DNA of 52,683 nt from Ichthyobacteriaceae bacterium. GTDB lineage: Bacteria > Bacteroidota > Bacteroidia > Flavobacteriales > JADGDT01. The DNA is taken from NCBI GenBank assembly GCA_023145615.1, contig JAGLDK010000032.1:1-52683 (forward strand), given 5' to 3'. Both the position numbers and the translations under genes were made by a program. Position 1 is the stretch's first letter, and every line of letters begins with the position of its first letter. The notes below the pieces were generated by a model. The model searched no databases and was not told where the DNA came from. It worked only from the letters and a program-made list of their open reading frames with translations. This document shows, one piece after another, positions 9,112 to 17,644 of this stretch.

Positions 9112-9957
9112 ATGATTGGTCTTTTATCGGTGGTAAGAGGTTATAATATTTTGGTTATTATTATTGCGCAATATCTAGCGTCTATTTATATTTTATCGGA
9201 TGATGTTTGTGTGGTAAGTGTACTTTTAAATAAACAATTATTTTATTTAGTTTTTAGTACATCTTTACTTATTGCTTCGGGGTATATTATTAATGATTTT
9301 TACGATACAGAAAAGGATAAAATTAACAAACCTCAAAAAGTTATTATTACCGAATTTGTAAGTAAAAAATTTAAACTAACAATGTATTTAGTACTTAATA
9401 CCATTTCGGTATTGGTTAGTATATTTGTTTCGTGGCGTGCTTCATTATTTATGCTATTGTTTGCTTTTGCAATTTGGTTGTATTCTCATAAACTCAAACG
9501 TATTGCTATTATCGGAAATATTTCGGCATCGGCACTAGCTATTACTCCATTTTTTGCTGTATTTCTTTACTATAAAAATATTTCAGAAGCCATTGTTTTA
9601 CATGCTATTTTTCTTTATTTATTAATTCTTGTCCGTGAGCTTTTAAAAGACTTGGTTAATTACGAAGGCGATTTAATTTATGGTTATCAAACCTTGCCTG
9701 TGCGTTTTAGTTTGATAGTTGCAAAATATATAGTTTCGTTTTTAATAGTTATATCATCGTTAGTTGGTTATGTTTTATCTCAACTTCCAGAAGTTGGAGC
9801 AATGTTTGGGTATTTTTATTTTAGTATTGTAGTGCTTGTGGTTTCGGGGGTTCTAGTGCATTTTTTCAGAACAAAAAAATGGTATCTTTTTCAGTATAAT
9901 GTAATTAAGGTGTTAATATTGTTTGGTGTTTTCTTTATTGCTTTGGTTTCTTATTAA
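9112..9957 (+). CDS. UbiA-family prenyltransferase (geranylgeranylglyceryl-phosphate geranylgeranyltransferase-like)
   Basis: GYIINDFYDTEKDKINKP first Asp-rich motif, YSHKLKR, RELLKDL...GD second motif, multiple TM helices. Confidence 0.88.
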   Translation: MIGLLSVVRGYNILVIIIAQYLASIYILSDDVCVVSVLLNKQLFYLVFSTSLLIASGYIINDFYDTEKDKINKPQKVIITEFVSKKFKLTMYLVLNTISVLVSIFVSWRASLFMLLFAFAIWLYSHKLKRIAIIGNISASALAITPFFAVFLYYKNISEAIVLHAIFLYLLILVRELLKDLVNYEGDLIYGYQTLPVRFSLIVAKYIVSFLIVISSLVGYVLSQLPEVGAMFGYFYFSIVVLVVSGVLVHFFRTKKWYLFQYNVIKVLILFGVFFIALVSY

Positions 9958-10106
9958 ATTTTTTTAATGACTTTTCTGCTTTTTTTCGAGTTTACATTCC
10001 TGTAATACTTCTTTTATTTGGTGTTGATTTTATAAAATTTACACAACATATTAGTTAATATGTTGTTGTATAGTTTGTTAGTTTGCAATTTTATTTAAAA
10101 TATTGA

Positions 10107-10137
10107 TTGCCAGTTAATTATAAAAGCTTTACTTTTG
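10107..10137 (+). promoter_or_regulatory. sigma-A promoter of the pseudouridine synthase gene
   Basis: TTG (10107-10109), N20, TACTTTTG (10130-10137). Confidence 0.6.
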
Positions 10138-10160
10138 CAAAAAATTACATAGATATATAT

Positions 10161-11147
10161 ATGGCAGAAAGAAATCGTCCTTCATCTGGGAAGAGGGAAG
10201 GAAAATCAAGAGCTTCGAATACCGATAATAAAAAAGGGCTTCGATCGGGTCGTCATCAAAATGCTGATAACAGACGTCGTGATAGAGAATTAAGTTCAGA
10301 GAATTTTAGTAAGAAAAGAACTGAAGGTTCCGAAGAAGATAAACCGAGTGGTGAATTTCATAAGAAAAAAACTCGTCCTGATTTTAGAAAGAAGAAAAAG
10401 GTAGAATCTCAAGCTAATGTTGAAAAACGTGTTGAAAAGGAAGGTATCCGTTTAAACAAGTTTATTGCAAATGCTGGTATTTGTTCTCGGCGTGATGCCG
10501 ACAAGCACATTGTTGCTGGGTCAGTTACCGTAAATGGTAAAGTAGTTGATTCGATGGGTTATAGAGTAATGCCTAATGAAGAGGTTAAGTTTGACGGTAC
10601 AACTATACAATCTGAAAAGAAAGTATATTTGGTATTAAACAAGCCTAAGAATTTCATTACTACTATAGATGATACTCACGGTAGAAGAACTGTAATGGAT
10701 CTTTTGGGTGGAGTAGGAAAAGAAAGAATTTATCCTGTTGGTAGATTAGACAGAAACACTACTGGTGTTTTAATGTTTACTAACGATGGTGAGATGACAA
10801 AACGTTTAACTCACCCTCAGTATGGAGTAAAAAAGATGTATCATGTTTCGCTTGATAGCAAGTTGACACAGGCAGATCTTGAAAAAATTCTGGAAGGTGT
10901 ACATCTTGATGATGGTACTGTTTTTGTAGATAGTTTATCGTACGTAAACAATGCACCAAAAAATGAGATTGGAATAGAAATTCACTCTGGTAAAAACCGT
11001 GTAGTGCGTCGTATCTTCGAATCGTTTGGTTATGAAGTTACCAAGCTTGATAGAGTTACGTTTGCAAGTTTAACCAAGAAAAATATTGCTCGTGGACAAT
11101 GGCGTTTCCTTACTGAGGAAGAAGTTAATTTCATGAAGATGCTATAA
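10161..11147 (+). CDS. rluB: rRNA pseudouridine synthase, RsuA/RluB family, with S4 domain and basic N-terminal extension
   Basis: RLNKFIANAGICSRRDAD (S4), LNKPK, PVGRLDRNTTG and GKNRVVRR. ATG at 10161 lies downstream of the promoter. Exact paralog assignment is tentative. Confidence 0.85.
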   Translation: MAERNRPSSGKREGKSRASNTDNKKGLRSGRHQNADNRRRDRELSSENFSKKRTEGSEEDKPSGEFHKKKTRPDFRKKKKVESQANVEKRVEKEGIRLNKFIANAGICSRRDADKHIVAGSVTVNGKVVDSMGYRVMPNEEVKFDGTTIQSEKKVYLVLNKPKNFITTIDDTHGRRTVMDLLGGVGKERIYPVGRLDRNTTGVLMFTNDGEMTKRLTHPQYGVKKMYHVSLDSKLTQADLEKILEGVHLDDGTVFVDSLSYVNNAPKNEIGIEIHSGKNRVVRRIFESFGYEVTKLDRVTFASLTKKNIARGQWRFLTEEEVNFMKML

Positions 11148-11172
11148 TTTTATATTATTAGCAATAAATAAC

Positions 11173-11210
11173 AAAAATCTCCGTTTTTTTTAAACGGAGA
11201 TTTTTTTTTT
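11173..11210 (+). terminator. Intrinsic terminator
   Basis: AAAAATCTCCGTTT...AAACGGAGATTTTT followed by a T run. Confidence 0.8.
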
Positions 11211-11366
11211 GGTTAATGGTTTTTTGCAATGTAAGTGTTGTTGTTGCGGTATTGTTTTAGTTTTTTGAGGTGTAGCTTGTTTTTCATGAAAAAGTACTTG
11301 TAATGTAGTTTATGTGGATGTTGACTATTATGTAGCCTCTATCAGAACTAAAAAAAAATTAAGCAC

Positions 11367-11403
11367 AAAAAAAACCGTAACAAATAAATGTTACGGTTTT
11401 TTT
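11367..11403 (-). terminator. Intrinsic terminator of the tRNA-Phe operon
   Basis: A8-CCGTAACA-AATAAA-TGTTACGG-T7, about 10 nt beyond the last tRNA on the minus strand. Confidence 0.8.
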
Positions 11404-11412
11404 ATTGTAAAG

Positions 11413-11485
11413 TGGTGCCTCCAGGAATCGAACCAGGGACACATGGATTTTCAGTCCATTGCTCTACCAACTGAGCTAAGGCACC
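11413..11485 (-). tRNA. tRNA-Phe(GAA), last copy in transcription order
   Basis: Minus strand GGTGCCTTAGCTCAGTTGGTAGAGCAATGGACTGAAAATCCATGTGTCCCTGGTTCGATTCCTGGAGGCACCA. Cloverleaf, anticodon GAA, CCA not encoded. Confidence 0.97.
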
Positions 11486-11504
11486 TTACATGTGAAAAAT
11501 TTTG

Positions 11505-11577
11505 TGGTGCCTCCAGGAATCGAACCAGGGACACATGGATTTTCAGTCCATTGCTCTACCAACTGAGCTAAGGCACC
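11505..11577 (-). tRNA. tRNA-Phe(GAA)
   Basis: Identical 73-nt copy. Confidence 0.97.
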
Positions 11578-11591
11578 ATAAAAAATAAAAG

Positions 11592-11664
11592 TGGTGCCTC
11601 CAGGAATCGAACCAGGGACACATGGATTTTCAGTCCATTGCTCTACCAACTGAGCTAAGGCACC
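11592..11664 (-). tRNA. tRNA-Phe(GAA)
   Basis: Identical 73-nt copy. Confidence 0.97.
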
Positions 11665-11699
11665 GTTATTTTTTATTGTAATAATGTTAAGAACTTAAG

Positions 11700-11772
11700 T
11701 GGTGCCTCCAGGAATCGAACCAGGGACACATGGATTTTCAGTCCATTGCTCTACCAACTGAGCTAAGGCACC
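11700..11772 (-). tRNA. tRNA-Phe(GAA), first copy in transcription order
   Basis: Identical 73-nt copy. Confidence 0.97.
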
Positions 11773-11790
11773 ATTTTGTCATTGCGGGTG

Positions 11791-11798
11791 CAAATATA
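11791..11798 (-). promoter_or_regulatory. -7 element of the tRNA-Phe operon promoter
   Basis: Minus strand TATATTTG followed by GC-rich CACCCGC, 18 nt before the first tRNA. Confidence 0.75.
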
Positions 11799-11927
11799 TG
11801 ATAATATTTTAAAGATATGCAATGTTTTTAAAATAATCTGCAATTAAATATTTAAATAGCTGTTTATTAGAGTATAAAGTTTTGTATTTTTTGTTTGATT
11901 ATTGTTTTTGTAACGTTTTTACTTTTA

Positions 11928-11935
11928 TATTTTTG
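11928..11935 (+). promoter_or_regulatory. -7 element upstream of the coaX cluster
   Basis: TATTTTTG(C), with TTTG at 11907-11910. Confidence 0.55.
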
Positions 11936-11956
11936 CTTTTCTAAAATGTGTTAAAG

Positions 11957-12685
11957 ATGAATTTGATTGTTGATGTTGGAAATACCAGAGTAAAGTTGGC
12001 GGTTTTTAATAATAATGAGTTGGTTGATAGTTGTGCTGTAAATTACAATGTGGTTATTGATGCAATTAAAAAATATCAGAATAAATATAAGATCAATAAA
12101 GCAATAGTATCAAATGTATCGGCAAAAATTGATGGGTTAGAGGAGTATTTAAAAAATAATTTTTCAACAATAATATTAAACTCCCAAACCAAGTTGCCTA
12201 TTAAAATAAATTATACTAACCCCGAAACTCTTGGAGTTGATAGGCGTGCTTTAGCTGTTGCTGGTAATCAACTTTATCCAAATGGTAATTGTTTGGTTAT
12301 TGATATGGGTACATGTATAACTTACGATTTTGTCACTTCCGATGGTGAGTATTTAGGAGGGGCAATTAGTCCGGGTATGAGGATGAGATTTAAGTCGATG
12401 CACGAATTTACGGAGTCGTTACCGTTGGTTGATGGGAATGTTCCGAAACGTTTTGTAGGAAAAAACACGCAAGAGTCGATAAATAACGGGGTTGTGTTGG
12501 GTATTTCGGCAGAGATTGATGGCTATATATCGGGCATACAGGCTGAAAAAGGTGATGTTTCGGTTTTGATTACAGGAGGAGATGCTAGTTTCTTTGAAAA
12601 AAGCTTAAAAAATAGCATATTTGCAGATTCTATACTGTTGCTGTATGGCTTGAATATAATATTACGTCATAATGAAGTAAGATGA
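11957..12685 (+). CDS. coaX: Type III pantothenate kinase
   Basis: IVDVGNTRVK, LGVDR, VIDMGTCITYD, GGAISPG and ITGGD. Confidence 0.94.
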   Translation: MNLIVDVGNTRVKLAVFNNNELVDSCAVNYNVVIDAIKKYQNKYKINKAIVSNVSAKIDGLEEYLKNNFSTIILNSQTKLPIKINYTNPETLGVDRRALAVAGNQLYPNGNCLVIDMGTCITYDFVTSDGEYLGGAISPGMRMRFKSMHEFTESLPLVDGNVPKRFVGKNTQESINNGVVLGISAEIDGYISGIQAEKGDVSVLITGGDASFFEKSLKNSIFADSILLLYGLNIILRHNEVR

Positions 12686-12728
12686 TGAAGGAAGATGGCA
12701 ACTATTGAAATATGAAAAACAATAAACT

Positions 12729-14075
12729 ATGAATGTAAACTCTGTAAAAGTACTTTTGTTAATGCTGATGATTCCTGTTTTGGGAATTTCGCAGTCACTT
12801 TCAACCTCTCCGTATTCGGCATTTGGTTTGGGAGAACAAAAATATAACGGACCAGCTGAGTCGGTTAATATGGGAGGTTTAGGAAGTATTTATATGGATA
12901 ATATTCATGTAAACCCACAAAACCCTGCAACATATTCTTTCTTGTCTATTACCAATTTATCGGTTGGTGTTTATGGCGAGCAGGTTACTATGAAAACAGA
13001 TACCCAAACCGAACAAGGTAATCATTCTGGAATTAGCCATTTAGTTATGGGTATTCCGATGGGAAAATTTGGTGCGGCGTTTGGTATTATGCCAACTTCA
13101 TCAACCGGGTATGATATTACATCGGTTAAGTCGATTTTCGATTCTCAACTTGCTACTGACAGGTTTGATGGTAATTACGAAAGAATTAATCGTTACACTG
13201 GTTTTGGTGGAATGAATAGGTTTTTTGTAGGTACATCATACAGTCCGGTTAAAGGATTGTCGGTAGGAGTAAATGCAGGTTATAATTTCGGAAATTTAAG
13301 CCGTACTGTTAGTCAGCATGTGCCACCGGTTTTACTTATCGAAGAAGGTAAGCCTACAGAAATGTTATATGAAGGAAACCAGTTTCAGACTAAAGAGGAG
13401 GAAAGAATACAAATTTCGGCTTGGAATTTTGATACAGGTTTAATTTATAGAGGAGATTTTAAAGAAGATTTAAAATATACAGTTGGTTTAACTTATGGTT
13501 TTGGTGGAGATACCGAAATTAATTATACACACTACATGTACACTTTTGCATTAGATGGTTACGAAGGTGGAGTAGGAGCTAGAGATACTATTATTGGATC
13601 GGATTTTGAAACGGATAAATTAACATTACCTAAAAAAGGTAGTATTGGATTTAGTATCGGAAATTATTCGAAATGGATGATTGGTGTTGATTATAAATTT
13701 GCAGATCCTATTGATTTAGAATTCGGAACTGAGTTTGATGGTTTTAAAGCCGTTAAAAGTCAGAAGTATTCTTTGGGAGGTTATTTTACTCCAAAATACA
13801 ACTCGTTAATGAGTTATTGGGATAAGGTAACTTACCGTGCAGGTATTAAGTACAAAGAGATTGGTTTGAATATTTATGGTACTAACATAGTTGATTACAG
13901 TGTTAATTTCGGACTTGGATTGCCGGTGGGTAACGGAATGAGTAATATTAATATTGGCGGTAGTTACGGAGTTAGAGGAACTACTGATAATGGCTTAATG
14001 AAAGAAGATTATTTTAGTTTTGTACTGAATATGTCGTTAGGTGATAGATGGTTTAAGAAAGTTAAATATCAGTAA
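12729..14075 (+). CDS. Outer-membrane beta-barrel protein (FadL/PorV-like), function unknown
   Basis: Signal peptide, SPYSAFGLG and NPQNPA N-terminal hatch motifs, alternating beta strands, DRWFKKVKY C-terminus. Confidence 0.75.
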   Translation: MNVNSVKVLLLMLMIPVLGISQSLSTSPYSAFGLGEQKYNGPAESVNMGGLGSIYMDNIHVNPQNPATYSFLSITNLSVGVYGEQVTMKTDTQTEQGNHSGISHLVMGIPMGKFGAAFGIMPTSSTGYDITSVKSIFDSQLATDRFDGNYERINRYTGFGGMNRFFVGTSYSPVKGLSVGVNAGYNFGNLSRTVSQHVPPVLLIEEGKPTEMLYEGNQFQTKEEERIQISAWNFDTGLIYRGDFKEDLKYTVGLTYGFGGDTEINYTHYMYTFALDGYEGGVGARDTIIGSDFETDKLTLPKKGSIGFSIGNYSKWMIGVDYKFADPIDLEFGTEFDGFKAVKSQKYSLGGYFTPKYNSLMSYWDKVTYRAGIKYKEIGLNIYGTNIVDYSVNFGLGLPVGNGMSNINIGGSYGVRGTTDNGLMKEDYFSFVLNMSLGDRWFKKVKYQ

Positions 14076-14138
14076 AAAAAGTAAAATAGAAGTAACATCA
14101 ATAAAATAGAACACTAAAAAAGAAACAACAAATTAATT

Positions 14139-15530
14139 ATGAAAGCAAAAATTATTGGATTGGTATTATTTTTAGTTGGATTAGGGGCAAACTTAAATGC
14201 TCAGGATACTGCTTGTAAAAATGATCCTGTTATCAGAGAAAAATTATCTATTTATACGGAATATTATAAATCGAAAAATTACGAAGATGCATATACTAAC
14301 TGGAAAGAAGTTTATGAAGAATGTCCTAATGCAACAAAAAACCTTTACATACACGGACCTCGTTTAGTAACTAAGCAAATTAAAAAGGCTAAATCTCCTG
14401 AGGAGAAAGAAATTTTAGTTGGTCAGTTAGTTAAACTATACGACGATCGTATGGAGTATTATCCTTCTGCCAAGAAAAAAGGTTATGTTTTGGGTAAGAA
14501 AGGTGTTACTATGGTAAACTATAAATACGGAACTAGTAAAGAGGCTTTTGATGTTTTAGATGAGGCTTATAAAATTGATGGAGACAACCTTTCATCAACT
14601 TCACTAAACCGTTATTTTGTTTCTTCAGTAAGATTGTTTCAAGAGAAAGAGTTTACTGATGAGCAGGTTTTTGAGGTTTACGATAACGTAATGGTTTCAA
14701 TTGAAAACAGTTTAGATAAAGAAAACGATATTATTGCTAAGCTTGAACAAAAGAAAAATGAAGGTACTGAGTTGAGTAAAAAAGAAGCTAAAAAATTAAA
14801 AATAGCTAAAAACCACGTTGGTGCTTACGAAACTAACGCTGCTAGTTTAGAAAAAACTATTGGAAAAATTGCTACTTGCGATAGATTAGAAGCTTTATAC
14901 GGAGTTAAATTCGAAGAGAATAAAGACAATATTAAGTGGGTAAACGGTGGAGTTAAAATGATGAGCCGTAAAAAATGTTTCAGTAGTGATGTATTTTTTA
15001 AGTTGATAGATTCTAAATCGAAATTAGCTCCAGATGCTTCTTCATCTCGTGTTGCTGGTTTATTATCTTTATCAAACAAAAATTTTACTGAGGCAATTAA
15101 GTATTACGACGAGGCTATTGCTCTTGAATCTGATCCAAAGAAAAAATCGAAAGATTACTTAAACGGTGCAAAAGCATTATTTAAAATTGGTAAAAAATCG
15201 AAGGCACGTACTTATGCTAGAGAAGCTATTAAATTGAATAAAAACTGGGGTGATCCTTATATTTTAATTGGAGATATGTATGCATCTAGTGCAAACTCAT
15301 GTGGTACAAACGGATTTGAAAAGAAAGCTGTATATTGGGCTGCACTTGACAAATATTCGAAAGCTCGTAGAGTAGATCCTAAAGCTGCAAGTACTGCATC
15401 AAAGAAGATTTCTCAGTGGGGTACTCAGGTTCCTAACAAAACTATGATATTTCAGTTTGGATATATTGGGAAGCCAACATACAAAATTGAATGTTGGATA
15501 CACGAAACTGTAAAAGTTCCTCAATCATAA
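14139..15530 (+). CDS. Exported TPR-repeat protein
   Basis: Signal peptide ending LNA|Q. TPR-like helices (NFTEAIKYYDEAIALE, ARTYAREAIKLNKNWGDPYILIGDMY). Confidence 0.8.
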   Translation: MKAKIIGLVLFLVGLGANLNAQDTACKNDPVIREKLSIYTEYYKSKNYEDAYTNWKEVYEECPNATKNLYIHGPRLVTKQIKKAKSPEEKEILVGQLVKLYDDRMEYYPSAKKKGYVLGKKGVTMVNYKYGTSKEAFDVLDEAYKIDGDNLSSTSLNRYFVSSVRLFQEKEFTDEQVFEVYDNVMVSIENSLDKENDIIAKLEQKKNEGTELSKKEAKKLKIAKNHVGAYETNAASLEKTIGKIATCDRLEALYGVKFEENKDNIKWVNGGVKMMSRKKCFSSDVFFKLIDSKSKLAPDASSSRVAGLLSLSNKNFTEAIKYYDEAIALESDPKKKSKDYLNGAKALFKIGKKSKARTYAREAIKLNKNWGDPYILIGDMYASSANSCGTNGFEKKAVYWAALDKYSKARRVDPKAASTASKKISQWGTQVPNKTMIFQFGYIGKPTYKIECWIHETVKVPQS

Positions 15531-16111
15531 TGATGAGAATAAATAAAAGTAAAATATTATTGAAAAGCATTGCTGCCATTTTTATGGGAGCAATGCTTTT
15601 TTCGTGTGAAAATGATATGAAAAAGGTAAAGGAAATTACCAATACTGATATTAACACCGACAATAAAATTACTGAACTTAATATGGTTTATACCGATTCG
15701 GGTATTGTTAAATTAAGATTGTTAGCACCTATTGCAATAATTCACGAAGGAGAAGAAAAGCCTTTTAGAGAGTTTCCGGAAGGGTTAGAAGTGTTTTTTT
15801 ACAAAGACAGAGATACTGTGGTTGAAAATTACATTAAATCGGATTATGGAATTAGTTGGGGAAAAGAAAAACTTGCCGAACTAAAAGGAAATGTAATAGT
15901 TGTAAATACCGACGGAGATACTATTAAAACCGAACAAGCTTTTTGGGACTCGAAAAAAAAGATTATTTATTCTGATAAGCAGGTTCGTATTATTCAAGAA
16001 AATCAGGAAATTATAGGTAAAGATGGTTTCGAAGCCGATGAATCTTTTTCGTACTACACCATACTAAATTCTTCGGGAGATATAAATGTTGACAATGATG
16101 AAGGTAAATAA
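15530..16111 (+). CDS. lptC: LPS export ABC transporter periplasmic protein LptC (lipoprotein type)
   Basis: Lipobox-like AMLFSC, YTDSG, EFPEGLEVFFY, GNVIVVN..GDTIKTEQAFWD beta-jellyroll pattern. Start overlaps the TPR stop (TAATG). Confidence 0.82.
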   Translation: MMRINKSKILLKSIAAIFMGAMLFSCENDMKKVKEITNTDINTDNKITELNMVYTDSGIVKLRLLAPIAIIHEGEEKPFREFPEGLEVFFYKDRDTVVENYIKSDYGISWGKEKLAELKGNVIVVNTDGDTIKTEQAFWDSKKKIIYSDKQVRIIQENQEIIGKDGFEADESFSYYTILNSSGDINVDNDEGK

Positions 16112-16222
16112 GTAAAGGTTAATTAGCTAATACCTTAAAATCTCATTGTCTTAATTTTTTATTAATATAAAAAGTAGTGTCTGTTATTTAAACAAATATT
16201 GATATAATTGAATGCCTATATT

Positions 16223-17488
16223 ATGGTTGAAAAAATAGTTATAATTGTAATTACTATATTGTTATCTGCGTTTTTTTCGGGTATGGAAATTGCGTTTGTA
16301 ACAGCCAATAGACTTCAGCTTGAACTTGAAAAAAAACAAGGAAATTGGTTTTCGGGTATTGTTACAAAGCTAACAAAACACAGTAGTAAGTTTATTACAA
16401 CCATGCTTGTTGGTAATAATGTGGCATTGGTTGTGTACGGTATTGTTATGGGAGATTTAATTATTTCCTTATTATTTCCGCAGTATATAAATTCAAATGT
16501 ATATCCTATTTGGGTGCTTTTGGTGCAAACTGTAATATCAACTTTGGTTATTTTGGTTACTGCCGAATTTATTCCGAAGGCAATTTTTAGAGTTTATGCC
16601 AATGAATTGCTTGAATTTTTTGCCATACCTGCATTTATAATTTTTTATCTGTTTTACTTTCTATCAAGTTTTATTGTTTGGCTTTCTAAAATAGCTATCA
16701 GACTAATTACTGGTACAAATTTAGAGGAGGAAGTTGAGGTTTTTAGAAAAGTAGATTTGGGTAATTATATTTCGGAGCAAATAGAAACTACCGCACAAAA
16801 AGAAGAAATGGATGTTGAAATACAAATGTTTCAGAATGCTTTAGATTTTGGAGGTGTTAAAGCCCGAGAGTGTATGATTCCTCGTACCGAAATTATAAGT
16901 ATTGATGTTAATGCAACATTAAACGAGTTGAAAAACGTTTTTGTGTCGACAGGTAAATCTAAGATTTTGGTGCACGATAGCGATATTGACGATATAATTG
17001 GTTATGTTCATTCTTTCGAGATGTTTAAGAAGCCGAAGGAAATTAAGAGTATTTTATTGCCTGTTGAATTTGTGCCCGAAACTATTCCGGTAAACGAATT
17101 ACTTGCAACATTAATGCGTAAGCACCGTTCGGTAGCTTTGGTTTTAGATGAATATGGTGGTACAAGCGGATTAATTACTATTGAAGATATTGTTGAAGAG
17201 TTGTTTGGAGAAATAGAAGATGAACACGATAATGATGTTTTAGTAGAGAATGTAATATCAGAAACCGAATTTATTTTTGCTGCAAGGCTTGAAATAGATT
17301 ATGTAAACGAAAAATATAAGTTAAATATACCCGAAAATGAGGAGTATGAAACTATTGGAGGTTGTGTTTTGCATAATTTACAAGATATACCCGAAAAAAA
17401 TCAAACTTTAATTATTGAAGGATATAGGTTTAAAGTGTTACAGGTTTCGAATAATAGGATAGAAGAAGTTGAAATAAGTAAGTTGTAA
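16223..17488 (+). CDS. Hemolysin-family / CNNM (DUF21)-CBS-CorC membrane protein
   Basis: SAFFSGMEIAF, MLVGNN, AEFIPK, MIPRTEI and VLDEYGGTSGLITIEDIVEELFGEIEDE. Confidence 0.9.
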   Translation: MVEKIVIIVITILLSAFFSGMEIAFVTANRLQLELEKKQGNWFSGIVTKLTKHSSKFITTMLVGNNVALVVYGIVMGDLIISLLFPQYINSNVYPIWVLLVQTVISTLVILVTAEFIPKAIFRVYANELLEFFAIPAFIIFYLFYFLSSFIVWLSKIAIRLITGTNLEEEVEVFRKVDLGNYISEQIETTAQKEEMDVEIQMFQNALDFGGVKARECMIPRTEIISIDVNATLNELKNVFVSTGKSKILVHDSDIDDIIGYVHSFEMFKKPKEIKSILLPVEFVPETIPVNELLATLMRKHRSVALVLDEYGGTSGLITIEDIVEELFGEIEDEHDNDVLVENVISETEFIFAARLEIDYVNEKYKLNIPENEEYETIGGCVLHNLQDIPEKNQTLIIEGYRFKVLQVSNNRIEEVEISKL

Positions 17489-17644
17489 TAGGTTGGATTT
17501 ATGATTATATAAACTTTATATTGTTTTTTAAATTTTATATGACGAATAAGAGTTTAAAATGAATAAACATAGTATTTCATTATTAAATTTAAAAATGTAT
17601 TTTCGCCTTCTATATTAAGTAAATAAAACTAATTAAAAATAATA

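Noticed and set aside
11314-11571. 85-aa ORF on the plus strand
   Set aside because: Antisense translation of tRNA genes and their terminator.
11413-11772. Repeat-spacer pattern resembling a CRISPR array
   Set aside because: The repeats are full 73-nt tRNA-Phe cloverleaves, spacers are irregular (14-35 nt) and no cas genes are present.
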